From Gammaproteobacteria bacterium (GTDB lineage: Bacteria; Pseudomonadota; Gammaproteobacteria; SZUA-229), in NCBI GenBank assembly GCA_029882395.1, contig JAOUKT010000006.1, positions 21,915 through 85,914 on the forward strand: a DNA stretch of 64,000 nucleotides. Direction: 5' to 3'. The notes below the pieces were generated by a model. It was not told the origin of the DNA and ran no database searches. It was given only the letters and a program-made list of their open reading frames with translations. Positions 9,756 through 21,013 of the stretch are shown here, in pieces. The translations under genes and the position numbers were made by a program. Every line of letters begins with the position of its first letter. Position 1 is the first letter of the stretch.

Positions 9756-10523
9756 TTAGATATTTTCATCAGAGCGCAGGGTCAGCACTTCATAACCATC
9801 GGCGGTGACTAAAAGGGTGTGTTCCCACTGCGCTGATAAGCTTCGGTCACGAGTAATCACGGTCCATTCGTCGGGCAGTACCTTTACCTCGCGTTTGCCG
9901 ATATTCACCATCGGTTCAATGGTGAAGGTCATGCCTTCTTCAAGTACCAGACCGGTGCCTGCTTTGCCGTAATGCAGTACCTGGGGTTCTTCATGGAATT
10001 GTGCACCAATACCGTGGCCGCAATACTCCCGTACGATAGAGCAGTTATTGGCTTCAGCGTGTTGTTGGATGGCGGCACCAATATCACCCAGCGTGGTACC
10101 GGGTTTTACCAGTTTAATGCCCAATACCAGGCATTCGCGGGAAATTTCAGAAACCCGCCTGGCTTTGATCGGCACTTCTCCGACATAAAACATCTTGCTG
10201 GTGTCTCCATGGTAGCCATCTTTGATGACAGTGATATCGATGTTAACAATATCGCCTTTTTTGAGTTTTTTATCAGAAGGAATGCCGTGACAGACCTGGT
10301 GGTTGGTAGACGTGCAGATTGATTTAGGAAAACCGTGGTAGTTTAATGGCGCGGGTATGGCCTGTTGCTCTTCGACAATGTATTGATGGCAGATTCGGTC
10401 AAGTTCATTAGTGGTGACACCGGGTTTGACATAGGGCGCGATCATTTCCAGTACATCAGCGGCCAGTTTGCCAGCCACGCGCATTTTTTCTATTTCTTCG
10501 GGGGATTTAATGTTGACAGCCAT
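9756..10523 (-). CDS. map: Methionine aminopeptidase type I
   Basis: CHGIP, NIDITV, GDTS, GHGIG..FHEEP, TIEPM, QWEHT. Confidence 0.98.
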   Translation of the reverse strand: MAVNIKSPEEIEKMRVAGKLAADVLEMIAPYVKPGVTTNELDRICHQYIVEEQQAIPAPLNYHGFPKSICTSTNHQVCHGIPSDKKLKKGDIVNIDITVIKDGYHGDTSKMFYVGEVPIKARRVSEISRECLVLGIKLVKPGTTLGDIGAAIQQHAEANNCSIVREYCGHGIGAQFHEEPQVLHYGKAGTGLVLEEGMTFTIEPMVNIGKREVKVLPDEWTVITRDRSLSAQWEHTLLVTADGYEVLTLRSDENI

Positions 10524-10609
10524 GAATTCAGTTTTACCTTAGATTTCCTATACTTAGCGTACTTTAGTTTTGAAAAAAATACATATTTGTTGAGTTAATA
10601 AGACGCTTA

Positions 10610-10628
10610 TGGTATAAATCCGCCGCGT
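10610..10628 (+). promoter_or_regulatory. rpsB promoter: extended -10 plus GC-rich discriminator
   Basis: TGGTATAAA followed by TCCGCCGCG, matching the conserved gammaproteobacterial rpsB promoter architecture. Confidence 0.7.
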
Positions 10629-10701
10629 TTATATGCAAACCAAGCTCATAATCATAGCATTTTGTAAGAAGTCTGTGATCTTTTATGAGTATTTTTTAAA
10701 T

Positions 10702-10802
10702 CCGCACATATATCGTCACATATAAATGGGTGCCGTTTAAATATTTGTTTTACAACAAGTTTAATCTGGTTTTTTATATGGGATATATGGAGGCGAAACC
10801 CT
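10702..10802 (+). ncRNA. rpsB 5' leader (t44 / S2 autoregulatory element)
   Basis: CATATATC(10707-14)/GATATATG(10782-89) and CATATAAA/TTTATATG stems, GGGTGCC motif, terminal GGAGGC..AACCC; GGGT/ACCC can pair as a pseudoknot. Confidence 0.8.
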
Positions 10803-10815
10803 AATCGGAGTATTT

Positions 10816-11562
10816 ATGTCTAAAGTAACTATGCGTCAAATGTTAGAAGCGGGTGTCCATTTCGGTCACCAGACTCGCTACTGGAAACCTAAAATGGCTA
10901 ACTACATTTTTGGTGCCCGCAGTAAAATTCACATTATCAACCTGGAAAAAACCCTTCCAATGTACAACGATGCGATGAATTTCATCGGTAAGTTGGCATC
11001 AGATCAGGGCAAAATCCTGTTTGTTGGTACTAAACGCGCTGCTCGCGGTGTTATTAAAGAAGAAGCAGATCGTTGTTCAATGCCTTATGTTAACCACCGC
11101 TGGTTAGGTGGTATGTTGACTAACTTCCAGACTGTTAAACAGTCTATCAAGCGTCTTAAAGAGCTTGAAAAAATGTCAACAGACGGCTCATTCGAGCGCA
11201 TGATCAAAAAAGAAGCCTTAACCATGACTCGTGAAATGGAAAAGCTGGATCGTAGTCTGGGTGGTATTAAAGATATGGGTGGCGTACCTAGCGCTGTATT
11301 TGTTATTGATGTGGGTTATGAAAGCATCGCTATTAAAGAAGCCAAGCGCCTGGGTATCCCTGTCATCGGTGTGGTTGATACCAACAATATCCCTGATGGT
11401 GTTGATTACGTGATTCCCGGTAATGATGATGCGATTAAAGCAATCAAATTATATGTACAGGGCGCAGCTGACGCTATCATCGAAGGTCGTGCTTCTTCTA
11501 TTTCAAATGCGGCGGCTAAAGATGAGTATGTTGAAGTTGATGAAGACAAAAAAGCCAGCTAA
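10816..11562 (+). CDS. rpsB: 30S ribosomal protein S2
   Basis: [30 protein letters not shown]. Confidence 0.99.
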   Translation: MSKVTMRQMLEAGVHFGHQTRYWKPKMANYIFGARSKIHIINLEKTLPMYNDAMNFIGKLASDQGKILFVGTKRAARGVIKEEADRCSMPYVNHRWLGGMLTNFQTVKQSIKRLKELEKMSTDGSFERMIKKEALTMTREMEKLDRSLGGIKDMGGVPSAVFVIDVGYESIAIKEAKRLGIPVIGVVDTNNIPDGVDYVIPGNDDAIKAIKLYVQGAADAIIEGRASSISNAAAKDEYVEVDEDKKAS

Positions 11563-11593
11563 AGCCGCTTTGCTTTCTTAAATAATACTTTTA

Positions 11594-11622
11594 TTCACCA
11601 CCTTTATTAATAAGGTGGTGAA
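11594..11622 (+). terminator. rpsB-tsf intergenic hairpin (attenuator-like)
   Basis: TTCACCACCTT-N7-AAGGTGGTGAA, perfect 11-bp stem. Confidence 0.55.
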
Positions 11623-11653
11623 GGTTTAACAAATTCTAAACGAGGTGGGTATC

Positions 11654-12532
11654 ATGCAGATTACTGCTGCTATGGTTAAAGAGCTACGTGAGCGTACGGG
11701 CTCAGGTATGATGGAATGTAAAAAGGCATTGACTGAAGTTGATGGTGATATGGATGCGGCTATTGAAGCGATGCGTAAATCTGGCCTGGCGAAAGCTGAT
11801 AAAAAAGCAGATCGCGTTGCTGCTGAAGGTCTGGTGGGTATTGAGCTGTCGGCTGATGGAAAAACAGCGGCTATCGTTGAAGTTAACTGTGAAACCGATT
11901 TTGTAAGCGGCGGTGCTGAGTTTGCTGAGTTTACGGCAAACGTAACCAAGCAGGTTTTAGCTAATTCACCTGCCGATGTGGCTGCTTTGAGTGAAATGCC
12001 GGTTACTGATGGCGCGGATTCAATTGAAACTACGCGTAAAAACATGGTGACTAAGATCGGTGAAAACATTCAGGTTCGTCGTTTTCAGCGTATTGAAGCA
12101 ACGGGTAAAATGGGTTCATACAAGCACGGCAGTCGTATTGGTGTGGTTGTTGATATTGAAGGCGGTGATGACGAGTTACTGAAAGATATCGCGATGCATA
12201 TTGCTGCTACAAACCCGACTTGTGTCAGTGAAGAGCAGGTACCGGCTGAAATGCTTGAAAAAGAAAAAGCAATCCTGATCGCTCAGGCAGAAGAAAGTGG
12301 CAAGCCGGCTGAAATCATCGAAAAAATGATTGGTGGTCGTATCCGTAAGTACCTGGCTGAAATCACGCTCGTGGGTCAGCCGTTTATTAAAGACTCGGAT
12401 AAAACGGTTGGTCAGTTACTGAAAGAAAAAGGTGCAACGGTTCATTCATTTGTTCGGCTCGGAGTCGGCGAGGGGATCGAGAAGAAAACGGAAGACTTTG
12501 CCGCTGAAGTGATGGCGCAAATCAACTCTTAA
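11654..12532 (+). CDS. tsf: Elongation factor Ts
   Basis: ITAAMVKELRERTG..MMECKKAL, EVNCETDFV, DFAAEV; ATG at 11654 after GAGGTG. Confidence 0.99.
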   Translation: MQITAAMVKELRERTGSGMMECKKALTEVDGDMDAAIEAMRKSGLAKADKKADRVAAEGLVGIELSADGKTAAIVEVNCETDFVSGGAEFAEFTANVTKQVLANSPADVAALSEMPVTDGADSIETTRKNMVTKIGENIQVRRFQRIEATGKMGSYKHGSRIGVVVDIEGGDDELLKDIAMHIAATNPTCVSEEQVPAEMLEKEKAILIAQAEESGKPAEIIEKMIGGRIRKYLAEITLVGQPFIKDSDKTVGQLLKEKGATVHSFVRLGVGEGIEKKTEDFAAEVMAQINS

Positions 12533-12542
12533 GAAAGCACTT

Positions 12543-12569
12543 AAAACCGGGAACTTAGTTCCCGGTTTT
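12543..12569 (+). terminator. Intrinsic terminator after tsf
   Basis: AAAACCGGGAAC-TTA-GTTCCCGGTTTT followed by GTT. Confidence 0.85.
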
Positions 12570-12641
12570 GTTATGTAGGTCTTCATTTTCTGATATTATT
12601 AGCGCAATATTATTAAGCGCTTGCCAGAGGATCAGTTTTTC

Positions 12642-13373
12642 ATGTCAGAATCAAAACCAATGTACAAGAGAGCCCTGCTGAAACTCAGTGGTGAAGCCCT
12701 GATGGGTGAGCAGGACTACGGTATTGATCCGGTTATTATCAGTCGTGTTGCCAGCGAAATTAAACAGGTCGTCGCCTCTGGTGTTGAAATCGGCATTGTC
12801 ATCGGTGGTGGCAATATTTTCCGTGGAGCCGGTCTGGCTCAGTCGGGTATGGACCGTGTCACGGCTGACCACATGGGCATGCTGGCAACGGTGATGAATT
12901 CACTGGCTATGCAAGATGCGCTATCTAAAACAGGTGTCAAAGCGGTTGTCATGTCAGCTCTTCAAATGAACCAGGTGTGTGAGCAATACGTGCAGAAAAA
13001 AGCCATTGAGCATCTTGAAAATGGCACGGTTACTATTTTCGCAGCCGGTACAGGTAACCCTTATTTTACAACCGATAGCGCCGGTAGTTTGCGCGCCATT
13101 GAAATTGAAGCCGATGTGTTAATGAAGGCCACCAAGGTAGATGGTGTATATGATGCTGACCCTGTTACAAACCCTGATGCTAAAAAGTTTACCAGCCTGA
13201 CTTATGATGAAGTTTTAAGCCGTAAGTTACAGGTAATGGATGCGACGGCTGTCATTTTATGTCAGGAACATAAGATGCCATTAAGAATATTTAATTTAAA
13301 TACTGCAGGTGAAATGCCGCGAGCGGTTGTTGACGCTAACATTGGTACATCTGTAGTGCTTGGAGACTCGTAA
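12642..13373 (+). CDS. pyrH: UMP kinase
   Basis: [27 protein letters not shown]; probable ATG at 12642. Confidence 0.98.
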   Translation: MSESKPMYKRALLKLSGEALMGEQDYGIDPVIISRVASEIKQVVASGVEIGIVIGGGNIFRGAGLAQSGMDRVTADHMGMLATVMNSLAMQDALSKTGVKAVVMSALQMNQVCEQYVQKKAIEHLENGTVTIFAAGTGNPYFTTDSAGSLRAIEIEADVLMKATKVDGVYDADPVTNPDAKKFTSLTYDEVLSRKLQVMDATAVILCQEHKMPLRIFNLNTAGEMPRAVVDANIGTSVVLGDS

Positions 13374-13930
13374 TGATAGATGATGTAAAAGACGATGCTT
13401 CGTCACGTATGGCCAAGAGTGTTGAGTCATTCAAAAATGACCTGGTTAAAATCAGAACGGGACGAGCACACCCCAGCTTGCTGGATCAGGTGACGGTTGA
13501 TTATTATGGTAGTGAGACACCGCTTAACCAGGTGGCAAAAGTCAGCACCGAAGATGCCCGTACATTAATGGTTTCGCCATGGGAAAAAGACATGGTGAAA
13601 GCAGTTGAAAAAGCCATTATGAACTCCGATCTGGGTTTGAATCCGTCAACGGCTGGCACAACGATCCGTGTGCCTCTGCCGCCTTTGACTGAAGAGCGCC
13701 GCCGTGATCTGGTAAAAGTGGTAAAGGCTGAAGCCGAGCATGCGCGTATTGCGATTCGTAATATTCGTCGCGATGCCAATTCGGATTTAAAAGAATACCA
13801 GAAAGAAAAAGAGATATCTGAAGATGACGAACGCCGTGGCCAGGAACTGATTCAGAAGCTCACTGATAAAGCGATTGCTGACATTGAAGTGATCTTGTCT
13901 GAAAAAGAAAAAGAACTGATGGATATTTAA
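13373..13930 (+). CDS. frr: Ribosome recycling factor
   Basis: [28 protein letters not shown]. Confidence 0.99.
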   Translation: MIDDVKDDASSRMAKSVESFKNDLVKIRTGRAHPSLLDQVTVDYYGSETPLNQVAKVSTEDARTLMVSPWEKDMVKAVEKAIMNSDLGLNPSTAGTTIRVPLPPLTEERRRDLVKVVKAEAEHARIAIRNIRRDANSDLKEYQKEKEISEDDERRGQELIQKLTDKAIADIEVILSEKEKELMDI

Positions 13931-13973
13931 GTTGTCAGGTTTTTGTTCCTTACATTGATCGTAAATCAGTAAT

Positions 13974-14759
13974 ATGTCTAACAAAAAACAACAGCCTGAA
14001 AGTCAGTTTACTGTTTTGCCTGCTCATGTTGCTATAGTCATGGATGGTAACGGGCGCTGGGCAAAAAAGCGATTGATGCCCAGAGCAGCCGGACACAAAG
14101 CAGGGGTCGGTGCTTTAAAGTATATTATAGAGTCCGCTTCAGAAGCCGGCGTCAAATGCTTAACGGTATTTGCTTTCAGTAGTGAAAACTGGAACCGGCC
14201 TGAACGCGAAGTCTCTATATTAATGGACTTGTTTGTCAGTTCCATCAAAAAGTATCTGCCCGAGTTAAAACAGGCCGGTGTGAGTCTGCGTTTTATCGGT
14301 GACCGTTCTGTTTTTTCTGAAAAGCTGTCAGCTTCTCTTCTTGATGCGGAGTCAGCTACCAAAGATAATACTTTTCTTAATCTTAATATTGCAATGAATT
14401 ACGGCGGTCGCTGGGATATTGTTGAGGCGGCAAAAAACATGCTGCTTGACGTAGAGTCGGGCTCTGTATCGCCGGCCAATATCGAAGAAACACTGTTTTC
14501 AGATTATCTGTCTCTTGCTGATTTACCGGCAGTGGATTTGTTTATTCGTACCGGTGGTGAGCACCGTATCAGTAATTTCTTGCTCTGGCAGTGTGCCTAT
14601 AGCGAGCTTTATTTTACTGATGTGCTCTGGCCGGATTTTAATGGCGATGAGTTTTTAAAGGCATTGCAGTGGTTTTCGAGCCGCCAGCGTCGTTTTGGAC
14701 GCACCGGTGAACAGCTTGAAGAAGAACTGCAGTCACTGCAAACTAATGAGGTTAAATAA
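13974..14759 (+). CDS. uppS: Undecaprenyl diphosphate synthase
   Basis: HVAIVMDGNGRWA, FSSENW, NYGGR, IRTGGE.RISNFLLWQ. Confidence 0.98.
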   Translation: MSNKKQQPESQFTVLPAHVAIVMDGNGRWAKKRLMPRAAGHKAGVGALKYIIESASEAGVKCLTVFAFSSENWNRPEREVSILMDLFVSSIKKYLPELKQAGVSLRFIGDRSVFSEKLSASLLDAESATKDNTFLNLNIAMNYGGRWDIVEAAKNMLLDVESGSVSPANIEETLFSDYLSLADLPAVDLFIRTGGEHRISNFLLWQCAYSELYFTDVLWPDFNGDEFLKALQWFSSRQRRFGRTGEQLEEELQSLQTNEVK

Positions 14760-15584
14760 ATGTTGGCGTTAAGATTACTCACCGGTATTCCATTAGCAAT
14801 TGCTGCCATCTGGTTTGTACTGACTCAGCCATCAGACAGCATACTGTATGCATTAATTGTGATCGCAGCGATTGCTGGCTGGGAGTGGGCCGGGCTTGCC
14901 AAAGCGAGAACAGTCGCTGTCAAGGTAATGTATGGTCTGGTGCTGGCGATGACTTTCTGGTCGCTTAGTCAGATTGATATGAAGCTGCTGATTAAACTGC
15001 AATTCATCACCGTTGTATTCTGGTTGGCGGCTGTCATCTACCTCTCACGGGTAAAATCAGTTGCGACACATTCCCGTTTGTCGGGCATTAAACTTATACT
15101 CGGCGTGGTGGTGGTTATCCCTGCCATGATTGCAATGTGGATGCTGCATCGCTTTAACCCGGAGTGGCTGTTGTTTGGAATGAGCATGGTCTGGGTTGCG
15201 GATATTGGTGCTTATTTTGCTGGCAGACAGTTTGGGAAAAACAAACTGGCTGTTGTTCTGAGCCCTGGGAAAACACGCGAAGGTTTCTATGGCGCCATGC
15301 TCTTAACGCTGGTTTACAGTTTATTGGTCAGTGTCTTTTATTTCAAACTGAACTCTACGGCTTTACTGTTAACGTTACTGATGACGTTTGTGCTCACGGT
15401 ATTTTCTGTTGCAGGTGACCTGTTCGAAAGCCTGCTAAAAAGACAGGCATCCGTTAAAGACAGCGGTAAGATCCTGCCGGGCCATGGTGGTGTGCTGGAC
15501 AGAATAGACAGCTTGACAGCAACCATGAGTTTGTTCGCTGTCGCAACACTTTATATCTACCATCTCGATAGCTTGCTGGTCTGA
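14760..15584 (+). CDS. cdsA: Phosphatidate cytidylyltransferase
   Basis: [34 protein letters not shown]. Confidence 0.97.
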   Translation: MLALRLLTGIPLAIAAIWFVLTQPSDSILYALIVIAAIAGWEWAGLAKARTVAVKVMYGLVLAMTFWSLSQIDMKLLIKLQFITVVFWLAAVIYLSRVKSVATHSRLSGIKLILGVVVVIPAMIAMWMLHRFNPEWLLFGMSMVWVADIGAYFAGRQFGKNKLAVVLSPGKTREGFYGAMLLTLVYSLLVSVFYFKLNSTALLLTLLMTFVLTVFSVAGDLFESLLKRQASVKDSGKILPGHGGVLDRIDSLTATMSLFAVATLYIYHLDSLLV

Positions 15585-15588
15585 GTCG

Positions 15589-16779
15589 ATGCAAAGTGTA
15601 AAGCTGACCATTTTAGGATCTACCGGCACGATTGGTGAAAGCACACTTGATGTCATTTCTCGTCATGAGCAATACCAGGTGGTGGCATTAACAGCAAACT
15701 CCCAGGTAGAAAAACTGTATCAGCAGTGCCTTCAGTTTCATCCGCAATATGCTGCAATGGTTGATGAAAATTCGGCAGCACAATTAGCTGAAAAACTAAA
15801 AAAAGCTGGTCTTGAAATTTCTGTGCTGTCAGGTACTGAGGGTCTTGAAACAGTGGCTGCATTAGATGAAATTGATACCGTCATGGCAGCAATTGTCGGT
15901 GCGGCCGGCTTGCTGCCGACACTGGCAGCCGCAAGAGCCGGCAAGAAAATATTGCTGGCCAATAAAGAAGCGCTGGTGATGTCCGGGCATTTGTTCATGG
16001 AAGAGGTGCGTGCAAATGGCGCGACGTTGCTGCCTATAGACAGTGAGCATAATGCTATTTTTCAGTGCATGCCTGAGAATTATTCAGAAGGCCTGGCCCA
16101 TGTAGGTGTTAATAAGATATTGCTGACGGCTTCCGGGGGGCCGTTCAGAACCCAGGCGCTGGATCAGTTAAATACGGTGACACCGGCTCAAGCGGTGGCG
16201 CACCCTAACTGGGTAATGGGTCAAAAGATCTCTGTCGATTCGGCCACCATGATGAATAAAGGCCTGGAAGTCATTGAGGCCTGCTGGTTGTTTGATACAA
16301 CTGCCGATATGATTCAGGTTGTTATTCACCCGCAAAGTATTATTCATTCAATGGTATCGTACAAAGATGGCTCGGTACTGGCACAGCTAGGTAATCCCGA
16401 TATGAGAACACCGATTGCACATGCAATGGCCTGGCCAGAAAGAATTGATTCCGGTGTGGAACCTCTGGATATTTTTGAGGTCGCAAACTTTGAATTTGAA
16501 AAACCTGATATGCAACGCTTTGCCTGTTTGCGCTTAGCTTATGAAGCGATGGCGCGCGGCGGCACGGCGACCACTGTGCTCAATGCAGCTAATGAAATAG
16601 CAGTTGATGCATTTTTAAATGAAAAGATTGGTTTTTTACAAATCCCGCAGATCATAGAGTCGTCATTGACTGCTGTGGCTATTGATGAGGCAACGAATCT
16701 TGAGCAGGTATTAAAAGCCGATCAGCAAGCACGTTTACATGCAAAAGAGATGGTATTACGTAATGGTAGGGTTAACTAA
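15589..16779 (+). CDS. dxr: 1-deoxy-D-xylulose-5-phosphate reductoisomerase
   Basis: [38 protein letters not shown]. Confidence 0.98.
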   Translation: MQSVKLTILGSTGTIGESTLDVISRHEQYQVVALTANSQVEKLYQQCLQFHPQYAAMVDENSAAQLAEKLKKAGLEISVLSGTEGLETVAALDEIDTVMAAIVGAAGLLPTLAAARAGKKILLANKEALVMSGHLFMEEVRANGATLLPIDSEHNAIFQCMPENYSEGLAHVGVNKILLTASGGPFRTQALDQLNTVTPAQAVAHPNWVMGQKISVDSATMMNKGLEVIEACWLFDTTADMIQVVIHPQSIIHSMVSYKDGSVLAQLGNPDMRTPIAHAMAWPERIDSGVEPLDIFEVANFEFEKPDMQRFACLRLAYEAMARGGTATTVLNAANEIAVDAFLNEKIGFLQIPQIIESSLTAVAIDEATNLEQVLKADQQARLHAKEMVLRNGRVN

Positions 16780-18158
16780 TGGCTGATTTTTTAAACAATT
16801 TACTGTTTTTTATTGTTGCCATAGGCGTGCTGGTCACTTTTCACGAATTTGGTCATTTTTGGGTAGCCTTAAAGCTCGGCGTTAAAGTTCAGCGCTTTTC
16901 AGTCGGCTTTGGAAAAGCATTTTACACCTATAAAAGAAAAGTCGGCCAGCATCAGGATGAAGTAGAGTTTGTGCTCGCTGCTATCCCGCTGGGTGGTTAC
17001 GTCAAAATGCTGGATGAAAGAGTAGAAGAGGTTGGCGAAGATGAAAAACACCGGGCTTTTAATACCCAGTCGCTGGCGGTTAGAACAGCGATTGTAGTGG
17101 CCGGGCCACTGGCTAACTTTTTATTGGCGATCATACTTTACTGGTCTGTATTCGTTCTGGGCACATCTGCATTTCAACCGATTCTGGCAGAACCCCCTGC
17201 ACAGAGCATGGCGGCTCAAGCGGGCTTTAAGTCGGAAGATATAGTCAAACAGGTTAATGATAAAGACATTGTCACCATGACGGGATTCAGACTGGCGATG
17301 ATGGACGCGGCTATTTCTGGTGAGCGCATCAAAATTTCCGTGATTGACCGGAATAATACAGAAGCTGTTCGGCTACTACAAATTGGCGATAAAAAAATAC
17401 TAAATGTCGAAGGTGACCCAATCGAAAAAATGGGCTTTAATCTTTGGATGCCAGTTATTCCTCCTGCGATCGGCCAGACGGTTGCAGCTAGCGTTGCTGA
17501 AAAAGCCGGTATTGAAGCCAATGATTTAATTCTCGCGGTTAACGATAGTAAAGTAGAGTCCTGGTCCGAGACGGTTAAGTTGATTTCATCCAGCCCCGGA
17601 AAAACAATCACACTGACACTGTTGCGCAACGGCGCAGAAAAAAAGATTGATATAACGCCTGCTGTGCGCAAAAACAGTGAAGGCCAGGACGAGGGTTACA
17701 TTGGCGTGTATTTGCTACGGCCTGAATCAGTTATCGAAAAGCTGTATACCACCGAAGAATATGCCGTACTTCCTGCATTTGTTGTGGCGGCTGAAAAAAC
17801 CTGGTCAATGTCTGTATTAACACTGAAAGTTTTAGGCAGCATGCTGATCGGTGACGCAGCGCTGGAAAATATCAGCGGGCCACTGACGATTGCAAAATTT
17901 GCAGGTGAAACGGCAAGTATTGGTCTGGTACAGTTTTTAAGTTTTCTGGCTGTTATTTCAGTTAGTCTCGGTGTTTTAAATCTGTTGCCTGTGCCCGTAC
18001 TCGATGGCGGACACTTGCTGTATTATTTGCTTGAGTTTATCAAAGGTAAACCGCTCTCAGATAAGGCACAACAGTATGGTCAGCAACTGGGTATGATGTT
18101 GCTATTGATGTTAATGTCAGTAGCTATTTTTAACGATATACAACGAATATTTTCCTGA
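16779..18158 (+). CDS. rseP: RIP metalloprotease RseP
   Basis: HEFGH, two PDZ segments, NLLPVPVLDGG. Confidence 0.97.
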   Translation: MADFLNNLLFFIVAIGVLVTFHEFGHFWVALKLGVKVQRFSVGFGKAFYTYKRKVGQHQDEVEFVLAAIPLGGYVKMLDERVEEVGEDEKHRAFNTQSLAVRTAIVVAGPLANFLLAIILYWSVFVLGTSAFQPILAEPPAQSMAAQAGFKSEDIVKQVNDKDIVTMTGFRLAMMDAAISGERIKISVIDRNNTEAVRLLQIGDKKILNVEGDPIEKMGFNLWMPVIPPAIGQTVAASVAEKAGIEANDLILAVNDSKVESWSETVKLISSSPGKTITLTLLRNGAEKKIDITPAVRKNSEGQDEGYIGVYLLRPESVIEKLYTTEEYAVLPAFVVAAEKTWSMSVLTLKVLGSMLIGDAALENISGPLTIAKFAGETASIGLVQFLSFLAVISVSLGVLNLLPVPVLDGGHLLYYLLEFIKGKPLSDKAQQYGQQLGMMLLLMLMSVAIFNDIQRIFS

Positions 18159-20461
18159 TGTTAATTAAAAAAAATATATTAGTTCTTTTATTTTCAGTAT
18201 TAAGTGCCTCATTGGTACAAGCAGAAACCTTCAAAGTATCGGAGATAATTATTAATGGCCTTGAGCGAATTGACCAGGGCACAGTACTGACATATCTGCC
18301 CGTGCAAACTGGCAGTCAGTTTGATACCGGTGACTCGTCTCGTGTTTTGCATGAATTATATAAAACCGGCTTTTTCTCAAAAATAGAGCTCGACCGAGAT
18401 GGCAATAAAATCATTGTTAATGTTACCGAGCGCCCGGCTATTACCGAAGTTAATTTTGATGGCAATGAAGATGTCGATGATGAGCAGCTTAAAGAAGCAC
18501 TGGATCAGATAGGCATTAAACCGGGACGGGTTTATCACCGTTCTTTAGTAAAAGTACTGGAGCAGAACTTACGACAGGTTTATTTTTCGCACGGAAAATA
18601 TGGTGTAAAGATAAAAACAAAAGTCGAAGAGCTTGATGATAACAGGGTCAATATCGACATAAAAATATCCGAAGGCCTGCCGGCACTGATAAAACAAATC
18701 AATATTGTTGGCAATACTATTTTCACAGATGAACAGCTGCTGGATGGTTTTACGCTTGAGCAGCCGGAAACTGTGATCGGAATAGATTTTGAAGGTGACC
18801 AGTATTCGCGTCCGGTTTTAACCGGTGACCTCGAAGTACTTAAGTCCTATTACCAAAACCGCGGTTACATCAATTTTAAAATTACCTCGACCCAGGTGAG
18901 TATTTCAGCCGATAAAAAAGATATCTTTATCACTATAAATGTTGATGAGGGAGAGAAGTTTCATGTCGAGAAGCTGGATCTGGCCGGGGACTATGTATTT
19001 TCTGAGCAAGAGATCAGAGAAAAAATATTGCTCAAAACCGGTGATGTTTTTTCCAATGCTGTCATGGTGGCATCTAAAACCGCTATCACTAAGAAGTTAG
19101 GTGACGAAGGTTATGCCTTTGCACGGGTAAACGTAGTGCCTGAGCAAAACAATGAAACTAAAACAGTTAAACTGACCTATGTCGTGCAGCCAGGCAAAAA
19201 GGCCTATGTACGTAACATCACTTTTTCAGGTAATGATAAGAGTACAGATGCTGTTCTGAGACGTGAAATGCGGCTTATGGAAGGTGCGCCGTTAAATACA
19301 ACGGCATTAAACCGCTCTAAAATTCGTTTGCAGCGGCTTAAATTTGTTGAGACGGTGGAGCTGAAGACAACACCTGTTCACGGAACCGATGACCAGGTTG
19401 ATATTGATATAAAAACGGTAGAGCGGCTGTCCGGCAGTTTTAATATCTCGGCTGCATTTTCCCAGGTTGAAGGTGTTGTTTTTGGAACCAGCCTGACACA
19501 GGATAACTTGTTCGGTACCGGGCAGAGCTTAAGTCTGGCGATTAATACCAGTGATGCCAATACTGTGTATAGCATGACGCACACCGATCCTTATCATACG
19601 GTCGACGGCATCAGCCGTAGCTTTGAAGTCAATTACAGAAAACGTGACGCAAGTGAAGAGTTGATCAGTAATTACCTTATTGATACCGCCAAGATTCGTG
19701 TCCGCTATGGCGTTCCTGTTTCAGAATATGACCGCTTTAGTTTTGGCTACGGCATCGAGGCAATAGATATTACGCTGGCCAGCTCAAATGTGGCGCAGGA
19801 GTTTGTCGATTATGTTGATACTTATGGCAGCTCTTTCGAAAACCTGACATTACAAAGCAGCTTTTCACACGATACCAGGAACCGCACGGTGTTTGCCGAT
19901 AAAGGCCTGATTCATTCGGTCTCCCTGAGCATGACGGTTCCGGGCGGTGATATTAGCTATTATAAAATACAGCATCAGTCAAAGTTCTTCTTTAATCTTG
20001 GTAACCAGCATGCGCTGATGTTACGTGGCCAGCTAGGGCTGGGTGATGGTTACGGAGAAACGGATGAATTACCTTTCTTCGAGCGCTTTTTTGCAGGCGG
20101 CTTGCGCTCGGTGCGCGGTTACAGAACAAACTCCCTGGGCCCTTATGATGCTGATGTCAGCAGCTCGGTCGGTGGTGATTTGAGCATTATTGGTGGTGTT
20201 GAGTGGATATTCCCCGTACCATTTATGGAAACTCCGCCAGCTTCTGTCAGAATGAGCATGTTTTATGACGCCGGCAATGTCTTCGACAGAGAAGAGACCA
20301 GCCTGAATCATGCCTTTTTTGAACTCAAGGATGCTATCGGTATATCTTATGTCTGGCTGGCACCGATAGGGCCTTTGCGCTTTAGCTGGGCAAAAGCTAT
20401 ATCGCCTGAGTTAACTGATGAAACAGAAACCTTTCAGTTCAGTATAGGTTCATTCTTTTAG
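18158..20461 (+). CDS. bamA: Outer membrane protein assembly factor BamA
   Basis: Signal peptide, POTRA repeats, SVRGY loop-6 motif, C-terminal FQFSIGSFF. Confidence 0.97.
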   Translation: MLIKKNILVLLFSVLSASLVQAETFKVSEIIINGLERIDQGTVLTYLPVQTGSQFDTGDSSRVLHELYKTGFFSKIELDRDGNKIIVNVTERPAITEVNFDGNEDVDDEQLKEALDQIGIKPGRVYHRSLVKVLEQNLRQVYFSHGKYGVKIKTKVEELDDNRVNIDIKISEGLPALIKQINIVGNTIFTDEQLLDGFTLEQPETVIGIDFEGDQYSRPVLTGDLEVLKSYYQNRGYINFKITSTQVSISADKKDIFITINVDEGEKFHVEKLDLAGDYVFSEQEIREKILLKTGDVFSNAVMVASKTAITKKLGDEGYAFARVNVVPEQNNETKTVKLTYVVQPGKKAYVRNITFSGNDKSTDAVLRREMRLMEGAPLNTTALNRSKIRLQRLKFVETVELKTTPVHGTDDQVDIDIKTVERLSGSFNISAAFSQVEGVVFGTSLTQDNLFGTGQSLSLAINTSDANTVYSMTHTDPYHTVDGISRSFEVNYRKRDASEELISNYLIDTAKIRVRYGVPVSEYDRFSFGYGIEAIDITLASSNVAQEFVDYVDTYGSSFENLTLQSSFSHDTRNRTVFADKGLIHSVSLSMTVPGGDISYYKIQHQSKFFFNLGNQHALMLRGQLGLGDGYGETDELPFFERFFAGGLRSVRGYRTNSLGPYDADVSSSVGGDLSIIGGVEWIFPVPFMETPPASVRMSMFYDAGNVFDREETSLNHAFFELKDAIGISYVWLAPIGPLRFSWAKAISPELTDETETFQFSIGSFF

Positions 20462-20498
20462 TATTATTTTATTAACGATAATTTTGATGGAAAACAAA

Positions 20499-21011
20499 AT
20501 GAAAAAAATATTATTAACTTTGCTGTTTACTCTGCTGCTATCAAATACAGCTCAGGCAAAAGATATGAAATTCGGCGTGGTCAGCGTTGAAGCTATTTTA
20601 AAGAATGCGCCCCAGGTAATAGCTATTAATAAAAAGATGCAGGACAGGTTTACAGCACCTCAGCAAGAGCTAAAAAAGCTCGGCGAGTCAATCAAAGCAT
20701 CGCAGGAAAAGTTTAAAAAGGATGACCTGATACTGTCAAAACAACAAAAGTCGGCAACCCAGAAGAAGATACTGGCATCGATTCAGCAATACCGCGAATC
20801 AGAAATGAAACTGAAAAATGAAGTCGATGATGTCAGAAACCAGGCATTGGCAGAATTCCGTTTCACGGTGCAAAAAGTGCTCAACCAGCTGGCAGAGGAT
20901 AAAGGTTATGACTTTATTTTCAGCGAGGGCGTCGCTTATGCTAAAAAAGAGTTCGATTTGACAAACGAAGTGCTAACAAGGCTGAAAAAGCTCTCTGAGT
21001 CTGAAAAGTAA
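20499..21011 (+). CDS. skp: Periplasmic chaperone Skp/OmpH
   Basis: Signal peptide MKKILL..AQA, helical body, KGYDFIF, FDLTNEVL; lies between bamA and lpxD. Confidence 0.9.
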   Translation: MKKILLTLLFTLLLSNTAQAKDMKFGVVSVEAILKNAPQVIAINKKMQDRFTAPQQELKKLGESIKASQEKFKKDDLILSKQQKSATQKKILASIQQYRESEMKLKNEVDDVRNQALAEFRFTVQKVLNQLAEDKGYDFIFSEGVAYAKKEFDLTNEVLTRLKKLSESEK

Positions 21012-21013
21012 GT

